A model generated the notes under the pieces. That model was not told the DNA's origin, ran no database searches, and worked only from the letters and a program-made list of their open reading frames with translations. Both the position numbers and the translations under genes were made by a program. A DNA stretch of 17,764 nucleotides, from assembly GCF_006345805.1 (NCBI RefSeq), contig NW_021824737.1, positions 1 through 17,764 on the forward strand, written 5' to 3'. Positions 8,092 through 17,764 of this stretch are shown here, piece after piece. Position 1 is the first letter of the stretch. Every line of letters begins with the position of its first letter. This DNA comes from Octopus sinensis. Its lineage: Eukaryota.

Positions 8092-9480
8092 CTTTCACTC
8101 ATTTTCTCTTTCTCTCAATCTGATTTCCTTTCTCTCTCTCTCTCTCTCTCTCCACACACACACACACAACACACACACACAAGCTATTTCACTCTGCCAC
8201 ACTATCTCACCTTCTGTCATTTATTCTCTCTCCCCTGTCTGTGTGTCTGTCTCTCTTTCTCTCCGCTTTCTCACATTTACTCATTTTCTTTTCTTCCTCT
8301 TTTCCTCCCACTCACCCTGTCAATCTCTCCCGTTTTCTTTCCCTCTTTTTGTTCTTCCTTTTCTCTTTCTTTTATATCTCTCATTCTCTTCTCTCTCTAT
8401 ATCCCTCTTCCTATTATCTCTCTCTCTCTCTCTCTCTTCCACTATCTTCTTTTCTGCTTTCACTCTCTCACCCTACCCCTACCCCTCTCTCTCCCTTTTC
8501 TCCCTCCATCTCTCCCTCTTTCCCCACTCTCTCTCCCTATCTCTCTCCGTCTTTCTCCCTCTCTTTCTCCCCTCTCTATTTCCCTATCTCTCTCCCTCTT
8601 TCTCCCTCTCTATTTCCCTATCTCGCTCTCTCTTTCTCCTCTCTCTATTTCCCTATCTCTCTCCCTCTCTCTATTTCCGTATCTCTCACTCTCTTTCCCC
8701 TCTCTATTTCCCTATATCTCTCCCTCTTTCGCCCTCTCTCTATTTCCTTATCTCTCTCCCTCTTTCTCCCTCTTTCTCCCTCTTTCTCCCTCTCTCTATT
8801 TCCCTATATCTCTCCCTCTTTCGCCCTCTCTCTATTTCCTTATCTCTCTCCCTCTTTCCCCTCTCTCTATTTCCCCATCTCTCTCCCTCTTTCTCCCTCT
8901 CTCTATTTCCCCATCTCTCTTCCTCTTTCGCCCTCTCTCTATTTCCCCATCTCTCTCCCTCTTTCGCCCTCTCTCTATTTCCTTATCTCTCTCCCTCTTT
9001 CCCCTCTCTCTATTTCCCCATCTCTCTCCCTCTTTCTCCCTCTCTCTATTTCCCCATCTCTCTCCCTCTTTCGCCCTCTCTCTACTTCCCCATCTCTCTC
9101 CCTCTTTCGCCCTCTCTCTATTTCCTTATCTCTCTCCCTCTTTCCCCTCTCTCTATTTCCCCATCTCTCTCCCTCTTTCTCCCTCTCTCTATTTCCCCAT
9201 CTCTCTCCCTCTTTCTCCCTCTCTCTATTTCCCTATCTCTCCTTCTCTTTCCCCCTCTCTATTTCCCTATATCTCTCCCTCTTTCGCCCTCTCTCTATTT
9301 CCTTATCTCTCTCCCTCTCTCTATTTCCCTATCTCTCTCCTTCTTTCTCCCTCTCTATTTCCCTATCTCTCTCTCTTTCCCTCTCTCTATTTCCCTATCT
9401 CTCTCCCTCTTTCTCCCTCTCTTTCTCCTCTCTATATTTCCCTATCTCTCTCTCTCCCCCTTTCTCCCCCCCCCCCATAC
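7886..9480. repeat. Polypyrimidine/polypurine tract including a 35/36-bp minisatellite (about 8530-9460)
   Basis: Unit TATTTCCCCATCTCTCTCCCTCTTTCTCCCTCTCTC. TATTT anchors at 8833, 8868, 8904, 8940, 8976, 9011, 9047, 9083 (TACTT), 9119, 9154, 9190 and 9226. Confidence 0.95.
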
Positions 9481-9926
9481 CTGTCCCTTTCTCAACCTGC
9501 CATCAGCAATCACCTGCTCGCTATTTCTTTTCCAACCCGCCATTTTTCAATTTATTTGCCGGATTTTTCTTCGATGTAAAATCAATACGGATCAATAAAA
9601 ATCAATACAGATCAATGACACTTCATCAAGCAGAAAGCCTGAATGAGGCTGTTAATACCATTTGAACAGCATCTCCCAAAACCCGTAAATACAGAATTCC
9701 ATTCAATAAAAGAAATTCCTTGTCCTCTACCAAACAGTAAACTTCACAGCCAACGAGGAATCCTATACGCAGCCTGTCGGTCTGCTAGAAAAAGCAACCG
9801 GATTTTTTAAATTCTATTTCGCTATCTTTAGAAATGGAGGACACGTTGTACCATTCTTGTCTTGGGTATACTAAAATATGGGATGGTCACGATTGGATTT
9901 CCAGTTAAAAGAATATATAGGATAGT

Positions 9927-10179
9927 GCGAGCTGGCAGAAAGGCGGCGAGCTGGCAGAAAGGCGGCGAGCTGGCAGAAGCGTTAGCACGCTGGGCGAAAT
10001 GCTTTGCGGTATTTCGTCTGCCACTACGTTCTGAATTCAAATTCCGCCAAGGCCGACTTTACCTTTCATCCTTTCGGGGTCGAGTAAATAAGTACCAGTT
10101 ACGAACTGGAGTCGATATAATCGACTTAATTCGTTTGTCTGTCCTTGTTTGTCCCCTCTATGTTTAGACCTTGTGGGCC
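9927..10179 (+). mobile_element. SINE family B with a triplicated 19-bp head
   Basis: GCGAGCTGGCAGAA at 9927, 9946 and 9965, then a body matching 5405-5620. Confidence 0.92.
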
Positions 10180-10211
10180 ACTTCACCGCCGCCGTCGCAG
10201 CCTTATGAACT

Positions 10212-10362
10212 CCAAATTTTGGCACAAGGCCAGCTATTTTGCTGAGAGGGAGTTAGTCGAGCAGATCGACTCCAATGCTTGATTGGTACTTAATTTGATT
10301 GGTTCCGAAAGAAGGAAAAGCAAAGTTGACTGCCGTAGGGTTTGAAATCAGAACGTAAAGGC
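10212..10362 (-). mobile_element. SINE family B, degenerate and 5'-truncated
   Basis: GGCACAAGGCCAGC...GGTACTTAATTT...AAGCAAAGTTGAC...TTTGAAATCAGAACG. Confidence 0.75.
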
Positions 10363-10381
10363 CTAGAACGAATGACCATCT

Positions 10382-10475
10382 ATCACCATAACAACAACAA
10401 TAGCAACAACAGCAACAGTAACAACAACAATAACCAACAACAACAATAATGATAATAATGATGATGATGATGATG

Positions 10476-10511
<36 letters not shown>

Positions 10512-10558
10512 TAATAATAATGATGATGATGCTGCTGATGATGATGATGATGATAATA

Positions 10559-10604
<46 letters not shown>

Positions 10605-10639
10605 GTGGTGATGATGATGATGATAATAATAATAATAAC
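10382..10639. repeat. Compound trinucleotide microsatellite (AAC)/(AAT)/(GAT)
   Basis: Directly visible. Confidence 0.96.
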
Positions 10640-11686
10640 AGAACCGGATGTGGATACAATTGTAACGGCAATATAATCAACGATGTCTTGTATATGGATG
10701 ATCCAAAACTGTACGCTACGAATGATAACTAGCTGAAAACATTACTACAGAGAGTACATGTATTTACTAAAGAAATAAGCATGAAATTTGGATTAGAAAA
10801 ACGTGCCAAAGCAACCTTGAAAAGAGGAAAACTAGTTAAGAGTAACAACATAAAGCAAATTAGATAAGAGAATTAGACCAAAACAAGACATACAAATACT
10901 TAGGAATCAATGAACTCGATACGATACAACACACATAAATGAAAGAGAAGATAAGAAAGGAATACTATAGACGAGTTAGATTAATACTGAAAACAGCGCT
11001 CAATGCGAAAAACAAGATAATACGTATCAACACTTAAGTCGTCCCAGTTATAAGATACAGCTACAATATTCTTAACAGGACTCTAAATGAACTAATCAAA
11101 ACAGAGAGGAAAACAAGAAAAATAATGACAGAATTTAGGAAGCACCACCCAAAATTAGACATAGAAAGGTTATAAATACAACGTATTGAAGGTGGTAGAG
11201 GCCTTATACAGCTAGAAAACTATTACAAAATAACCACCATAGGACTACAGAAATATCTACTTCAGAAGCAAGTAAAGCTGATATAAAAAGCCACAAAACA
11301 CGAGCAAAACAAAAAACTGTTTTCTGTTTTTAAGGAAGCGGAAAAATACAAACAAGAAGTCAAAGTCCCTGACAACTATGAAGAAAAAGAAGAAACAACA
11401 AAAGCTGTAAAACAACTTAAATCCAAACTAAAACTTGAACAACTAAAACCCAAACTGAAACGTTAAAACAATGGCAAGAAAAGCATTTACACGACAAATA
11501 TCGGGTTAAGCTAACAGAAAAGAAATAGACAAAGCAAAATCCCAACAACGATTGAGACTGAAGGATTTTGAATTGCAGCACAAGATCAAATCCTTCCCAC
11601 CAGAAATCACGGAAAACACATAATGAAAAGAAATACAAGTGACTGAAGAGTATGTGGTGATGGAGAAGAAACAATAAAGCATATTC
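10637..11686 (+). pseudogene. Non-LTR retrotransposon reverse transcriptase fragment, R4/Dong-like (RLE type), truncated at both ends
   Basis: NRTGCGY...LYMDDPKLY (YMDD at 10691-10702), FTKEISMKFGLEKRAK, TYKYLGI, KEYYRRVRLILK, HHPKLDIERL*IQRIEGGRGL, ETEGF*IAAQDQ and a decayed zinc knuckle (*RVCGDGEETIKHI). Several stops and frameshifts. The clade is assigned from these motifs. Confidence 0.88.
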
Positions 11687-12199
11687 TTAAACTTACTATA
11701 TACGTTATCAACTATGAATAATAACACGGATGGGTTGATGTTCGCTACAGCTGTTTCAAACGTGTGTTTTTTTTTATAGATGACCAAATCTGTAACCTCA
11801 TGTAAAAAAGAAAAAGAAAAACGTTTCTTCTGGTGAATTAAAATTAAAGTAAAGTTTAACACTTATTATTTTTCACATAAACAGTATAGAATGAATACTA
11901 ATTCTTTCGTCTCGGCGCCAGATATCAATAATTTCATTAGTGAAAGTCTAGCAATCTTCCTTCCTCTGTTGCACTGGGAAAACATTTATCGAATTGATTT
12001 GCTTCTTACATGTGTCATGAACATATCTAATGATAACTAATCAACGATCTTTATTAATGCTCTCAAAGATATATATAATATGAATCTTTGTTGAACGTTA
12101 GTCCTTTGTTATTTCGAAATCGTAAAATATACAGTCATGCAACTAACACCTATTTCTACTGGCCTTGTGCCAAACTTGGTAAACCATTATTACGATTAT

Positions 12200-12444
12200 G
12201 AAGCGGCAGAATAATTCGTACCACAGACTCAGAACATAAATATGGACGAAATACTTAGCGACATTTCGTCTATCTCTACGTTCTAAGTTCAAATTCCACC
12301 AAGGTCAACCTTGTCCTTCATTCTTTCGAGGTCAATAAAACATGTACCAGTTGAATACTGGGGTTGATGTAATCCCCTTCTCCTAAAATTTCTGGCATCG
12401 TGCCTATAGTAGAAAAGATTATTATTATTATTATTATTATTATT
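12200..12444 (+). mobile_element. SINE family B (degenerate) with (ATT)n tail
   Basis: CTACGTTCTAAGTTCAAATTCC...GTACCAGTTG...GTGCCTATAGTAGAAAAG followed by (ATT)9. Confidence 0.8.
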
Positions 12445-12637
12445 CTATGTTTGACTTTTGCTTTATATTTGTACAAGTTGGCTCCAAGTCTCACCCAGAG
12501 ACCTCAAGAGACAACAGGTTGGAAGTTCATGTTGTTGTTATGCCTAGTGTGCCATATACTTGGTTTTGTTTTTTTAGTGTTGTACTAGTGAATGTAAAAA
12601 AAAACATACGAAAATTATGTTTGTTTTAAAACTTGAG
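12445..12637 (-). mobile_element. Probable 3' end of an R4/Dong-like retrotransposon inserted in (TAA)n
   Basis: A 193-bp complex insert between two ATT arrays. The minus strand ends GTCTCTTGAGGTCTCTGGGTGAGACTTGGAGCC...CAAACATAG(AAT)n, resembling Dong/Rex6-type 3' ends (from memory). Confidence 0.55.
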
Positions 12638-12690
12638 ATTATTATTGTTATCATCATCATTATATTATTATTATTATTATTATATTATTA

Positions 12691-12727
<37 letters not shown>

Positions 12728-12729
12728 TT

Positions 12730-12965
12730 AAGGTGGCGAGTTGGCAGACTCGTTAGCACACCGAAACTAAGTGTTTCACGTTTTTTCATTCTGGCTCTTT
12801 ACGTGCTGAGTTCGAATTCCGCCGGGGTCGACTTCGCTTTTCATCTTTTCGAAGTAGATGAAATAAGTACCAGTTACGTACTAGTGGGGGGGGGGGGTCG
12901 ATGTAACCGACTAGCCCCTTCACACAAAATTTCAGGCCTTGTGTCTATAGTAGAAAGGATTATCA
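12730..12965 (+). mobile_element. SINE family B, full length
   Basis: AAGGTGGCGAGTTGGCAGACTCGTTAGC head, GAGTTCGAATTCC B box, tail GTGTCTATAGTAGAAAGGATTATC. Confidence 0.88.
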
Positions 12966-13466
12966 TCAGGTTTGTAAGGGAGGCACAGAGGGTGACCCGC
13001 TGAGAAGGAACTGATTTCACTGATTAACAACCGAGTTCAATTCCTGCCAGCCCTCTTCGACATTACATTTTATCCCACTGCTGATCTGCGAGAAATATTT
13101 ACTATATCAGGTTCAACAGCTTACAGTTGTTCCAGTACATCATCTGTGCGTGTTGGGAGAAATTATATTATACAATAGAAATTCATGCAAGATCAAGGGG
13201 TCACCAATTGATTGCTCGCTTAGTATATAGAAGTTTCTCTTTTGGTTTAACGATATAAGAAAAGAAAAGAAACTTTAATATCTTGAAATATTATCTTCAA
13301 TTAATATATTGAACTAATCTTTGCTGACGAGACTTAATAAGGCTGGAATGGGAGCATCCACGGATATTCTGGTAATAATAAAAGATCTAACTATAAAGCA
13401 TAGATGCTCTTCTCTTTTTCCTTCCACCGAAAGTAAACAAAAAAATTTCTCAAGTCAAAAACACCA

Positions 13467-13787
13467 CGGGCTTCTTTCAGTTTCCTTATTTCTTTATTGC
13501 CTACAAGGGGCTAAACATAGTGGGGAAAAACAAGGACAGACAAAGGGATTAAGTCGATTACATCGACTGTAGTGCGTAACTGGTACTTAATTTATCGACC
13601 CCGAAAGGATGAAAGGCAAAGTCGACCTCAGGGTTCTTTCAGTTTCCATCTGCCAAATCTTCTTTCAAGGCTTCGGTCAGTCCAAGGCTATAGTGGAAGA
13701 CATTTGCCCAAAGCGTCACGCAGTGGGACTGAACCCGGAACTATGTGGTTCGGAATCAAGCTTCTTACCACACAGCCACACCTGCAC
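13467..13787 (-). mobile_element. SINE family A (head and central domain) interrupted by a family B insertion
   Basis: Family A sequence at 13467-13485 resumes at 13631-13787. Confidence 0.88.
13486..13630 (-). mobile_element. 5'-truncated SINE family B nested in SINE A, with a 17-18 bp TSD
   Basis: Reverse complement of 5490-5625. Flanked by GGGCTTCTTTCAGTTTCC (13468-13485) and GGGTTCTTTCAGTTTCC (13631-13647). Confidence 0.9.
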
Positions 13788-14360
13788 CGAACTAAGTTAA
13801 ATTTTTTTTGTGTGAAATAGTTGTTTTGAATTTGCAGTAGAAAGGGGTCTAGGTTTATGGTAGTGTGTGTATGGGTGTGCGGGAGAGACGCTAGGAAAGT
13901 GGCCCGAGAGCCAAAGAAGTAGCCGTCCAAAAACCGTCCTTTTCTTCTTTTCCTGTCCTTGGTAATGTTAAGAATGATAACAGTTTGGATTCCTGTATGG
14001 ATGCATGAGTATGTACGTATGAATAAACAAATAAAATATCATACGTGTACTCGTATACGCATGCGCGTAGAAGCATCTGGTATTCCATTGACGTTTTAAG
14101 AACGGCAGCGTAAACTAAAAATGGGAAAATCTATCGGCAGTAAATCTCCCATTCTTTGCTTTCAAACAATTGGCTAAACACTGACGTCAATAAATAGACA
14201 TTTCGCATACTTCTCCTCCGCCCTACACAAACACACACACACACACAAACAGACATATACACAGACACACAGATGCATACACACACACGTACACACATGC
14301 GTACACAGTGAAATACGTACATAAAAATGCCATGTGTTTAGCATCAAAGAAGGAAAGGTG

Positions 14361-14580
14361 AGGGCGGCGAGCTGGCAGAATCGTTAGTGCATCGGTCAAA
14401 ATACTCTGCACCATTTCTTTCAGTTCTTTACAATCTGAGTTCAAATCCCGCCGCTGGGGTCGACTTTGCCCTTTCGAAATCGATAAAATAAGTACGAGGT
14501 AAGCATTGGGGACAATGCAATCGGCTAGCTTCTCCCGACGACACTCAAATTTCAGGTTTTATGACTATAGCGGAAAAATA
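14361..14580 (+). mobile_element. SINE family B
   Basis: AGGGCGGCGAGCTGGCAGAATCGTTAG head, GAGTTCAAATCCC B box. Confidence 0.85.
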
Positions 14581-14587
14581 TACTTTT

Positions 14588-14758
14588 ATACTCTAGACAC
14601 AAGGTCAGAAATTTAGAGGGAGGTGGGGCTAGTCGATTAGATCGGTCCCACTATTCAACTGATACTTAATTTATCGACCCCGAAAGGATGAAAGACAAAG
14701 TCGACCTCGGCGGAATTTGAACTCAGAACATAAAGACAGACGAAATACCGCTAAGCAT
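14588..14758 (-). mobile_element. SINE family B, 5'-truncated, tail-to-tail with the previous copy
   Basis: ATCGACCCCGAAAGGATGAAAGACAAAGTCGACCTCGGCGGAATTTGAACTCAGAAC is the reverse complement of the family B core. Confidence 0.9.
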
Positions 14759-14769
14759 GGTTGTGATGG

Positions 14770-14873
14770 ATAGATAGATAGATAGATAGATATACAGACG
14801 GACAGACAGAGAGACAAACAGATATATAGATAGATACCTACGTACGTACATACAACATACATACATACATACA

Positions 14874-14905
<32 letters not shown>

Positions 14906-14955
14906 CACATACATACACACAGAGACATAGTATACACACACACATACACACATAC
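14770..14955. repeat. (GATA)/(GACA)/(TACA)/(CA) microsatellites
   Basis: Directly visible. Confidence 0.93.
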
Positions 14956-15564
14956 TATTAATGAGTTTTGTGAAGTGTTATGTTCAATTAAAAAGTGGCG
15001 ATCAGATATCCGGAAAATGCAGTTATCCGGCAAGTCTCTGGTCCCAGTGTTATCGGAAAGAAGGGAGTTTTATCGAGCTCTGTACCAAGTCGTATTCGTT
15101 CGCCAGTGACGGCTATCAGTACATTCCGTGTTGTTGCGGTAATCTCGCTTTGTAGATAGGTTTTTCAGATGTGCGGGTTGGGGGTGTGTTAAGTAGGAAT
15201 GGCTTTGGTAGAGAATGGAGTAGATTATTTCTTCTAATAGTAACGGATAAGAAATTCTTCAAAGACTGACGGAAGGTGCGGGGGCGGAATGTATTTCAGC
15301 AGAAATTAAGAACACAACTTATGTTGAACAGGTTTCATTAGGATGGTAATAACAACAATAACAATAAAAAATAAATAACAATGACAATAACAATGAGAAT
15401 AGCCAGAACAATGAGAACAACAACAACAAGAACAGCGGAAGGAGTAGCCATTATGTAACTGGAAAACAGGTCTTATGTGAGAGGAACGAAATATTTCTTT
15501 AATACTTATCGGCACGTACGTAATGCTTATTAACATGTATTTCGGAAGACCTAACAATGAACAT

Positions 15565-16265
15565 GGATGGATGGATGGATGGATGGATGGATGGATGGAT
15601 GGATGGATGGATGGGTGGATGGATGGATGGATGGGTGGATGGATGGATGGGTGGATGGATGAAGAGCGAGAAAGAGAGGGGGGGGAGAAAAAGAAAGATA
15701 GATAGATAGAGTGTGAGAGAGAGAGGTGGATGGATGATGGAGAGGTTGATGGATGGATGGATGGATGGATGAGTGGAGAGCTAGTAAGAGGGAGAGGGGA
15801 AGAAAAAAAAGAAAAGAAAAAAGATAGATTGAGCGAGAGAGAGAGAAGTGGCTGGATGGATGATGGAGGGAATAATGGATGAATGGATGGATGGATGGAT
15901 GGATGTATGGAGAGCGAGAAACAGAGAGAAGGAGAGAGAAAAGAGAAAAGAAAGAAAGAGAGTGAGAGGTGGATGCATGGATGGGTGGATGGATGGATTG
16001 ATGGATGAAGAGCGAGAAAGAGAGGGGAGAAGAGGAAGCAGAAAAGAAAGGGAGGTGGATGCAGGGATGGAGGGTGGGATGGTGGAGGCAGGGAGGGAAG
16101 GACGAACGGACGGACGGACGGGCGGATGGAGAGAGAGAAAGTGAGAGAAGAAAAGAAAGATAGAGAGAGAGAGGGGTAGATGCATGGACGCATGGATAGA
16201 TGGATGGATGAGTTGAGGACAGACAGATAAACAGATAGATAGATAGAGAGAGATGGGTGGATGGA
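15565..16265. repeat. (GGAT)n microsatellite interleaved with GA-rich low complexity
   Basis: Directly visible. A purine-rich strand, opposite in polarity to the tract at 7886-9480. Confidence 0.93.
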
Positions 16266-16404
16266 CAGATTCGGGGTAATGTATGCAGAATAGCTGGGTG
16301 GGGTGGTATCTAGAAGTTCCATTTGGCCCAGATATTAAATTCTCTCTCTCCCTGAACAAAAACACACTAGCACGCAGACGCACAACATGCATTTGTATAT
16401 ACAT

Positions 16405-16406
<2 letters not shown>

Positions 16407-16496
<90 letters not shown>
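16407..16496. repeat. (TA)n microsatellite
   Basis: Directly visible. Confidence 0.96.
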
Positions 16497-16498
<2 letters not shown>

Positions 16499-17417
16499 TG
16501 TTAGGATTTTATCATAGCCTAATAATCCTATATGTAATTCGATTAATGATTTCATAAAAGTCACAAAACTGACATTTATTTTGCTTATTTGAATAAAACG
16601 TCAACCCCCAACTTAAGAAATCGATCACCACTTTTGACCCAAATCATGCAAAATTCTAGGTGGGGAGGGGTTCGTAACGCCTGCTCAAGTTTCTACCAAA
16701 CTTCGAGTGCTGACTCAATGCAATGCCGAAATAGTATATCTGAAATTTCAGCTTTCTAGTAGAAGTAGTTTCGGAGTTATGGGCTTTTAAGACTTATAAT
16801 CACGAGTGGCACTAGATTCACACTTCAGTATTTCCGCTGCCTAAATCTTTATAAATGCAAGGGAGATGTGGAATAAAAGTGTATTTATACATTTTCAAGA
16901 TTACTGGATTGAAATTGCTCTATGCAAAGGTTCAAACATGTAAATAGAGAGAAAACAATGGCTGAAATGTTTCAGACGATGAACATTCAAGTATGACCAT
17001 ATATATATATATATATATATATTTACACATCTTATAATAAGGGCTAAAGAATGTTATTCTAAAGCCAATACACTGATTTATCCACTTATAATCCATTGTT
17101 ACAGGAAAATGAACTGAAAGCGGGCAACTAACCTTTAGAAAATTTAAATCTCGTTATTTCTATATTGAATCAATTCGGAATTAATCCTTATAAGGGATAC
17201 ATTCTTCTTCAGTAGAGATTACGAGGGAATATAAGTAAAAACTCACATGTGATCATGGAAAAAGCAGAAAAGCTAAAAACGTAACTACATTTAAGTACAT
17301 CATTTATATCTAAAAATAAAAATTCCTTGGTCAGTCTCAGAACAACGTGTTGACCTATCGCCGCTACATATTGTAATGGTTACCGGTCCCCTTGTAACAA
17401 GCAGTGAGTTTACTACT

Positions 17418-17563
17418 AACAATAAAGGATTGAAGTCCCTTCTCTACAGAAAGGATTCCATCAAAAAGCGTGGCAGTATATTAAAACAAAAACCTTTACG
17501 GTTGAAGTATAAACATCTTATAATTAAGGGCTGTAGAGAAAGGGACTTCCATCCTATATTGTT
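17418..17563. repeat. Imperfect 32/33-bp inverted repeat with an 81-bp spacer (MITE-like or hairpin)
   Basis: AACAATAAAGGATTGAAGTCCCTTCTCTACAG (17418-17449) against CTGTAGAGAAAGGGACTTCCATCCTATATTGTT (17531-17563): 30 of 33 columns complementary. Confidence 0.7.
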
Positions 17564-17594
17564 TATATATAGTGTATATATATATATAATATTA

Positions 17595-17633
<39 letters not shown>

Positions 17634-17710
17634 TTATTATATATATATATAATATATTTATATATATATAATATATAATATATATATATATATATCTATA
17701 TATAATTATA

Positions 17711-17764
<54 letters not shown>
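17564..17764. repeat. (TA)n microsatellite running off the window end
   Basis: Directly visible. Confidence 0.97.

Noticed and set aside
8530-9460. CRISPR-like periodicity of about 36 bp
   Set aside because: Units are contiguous with no unique spacers, so this is a minisatellite; eukaryotic context and no cas genes.
7972-9665. Three overlapping ORFs of 474-535 aa
   Set aside because: A C/T-only tract cannot encode stop codons, so all three frames are open, giving S/L/P/F repeats. Low-complexity artefact.
15007-15072. ATCCGG...TTATCCGG...GGTCCC stretch resembling a pogo/Tigger terminus
   Set aside because: Too short and diverged, with no partner TIR or terminal CTGTA.
15306-16404. ORFs of 338, 207 and 98 aa (HPSI, MDGW repeats)
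   Set aside because: Translations of (GGAT)n and GA-rich repeats.
16735-16785. AAATTTCAGCTTTCTAG...GAGTTATG motif reminiscent of DINE-1/Helentron-type MITE cores
   Set aside because: No subterminal inverted repeats or ends could be found; similarity is from memory only.

Overview
AT-rich, repeat-dominated animal DNA with no confidently recognisable host gene. The tRNA-derived SINE families resemble octopus (cephalopod) SINEs; this is an inference from remembered consensus sequences, not a database search. The window holds many microsatellites, more than 15 SINE copies or fragments from three families, two decayed mariner transposons, a decayed R4/Dong-like non-LTR reverse transcriptase next to a TAA microsatellite, and a 1.6 kb polypyrimidine tract with a 35/36-bp minisatellite. 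The standout is 2936-3702, a block bounded by (TA)n. It carries two 233-bp direct repeats 483 bp apart, and each repeat encodes a complete type I hammerhead ribozyme on the minus strand (CUGACGA / GAAA / GUA cleavage site, palindromic short stem III, unusually long stem II). This is the layout of a retrozyme: a non-coding retroelement whose transcript would self-excise a 483-nt monomer able to circularise. All long ORFs in the six-frame track are low-complexity artefacts.
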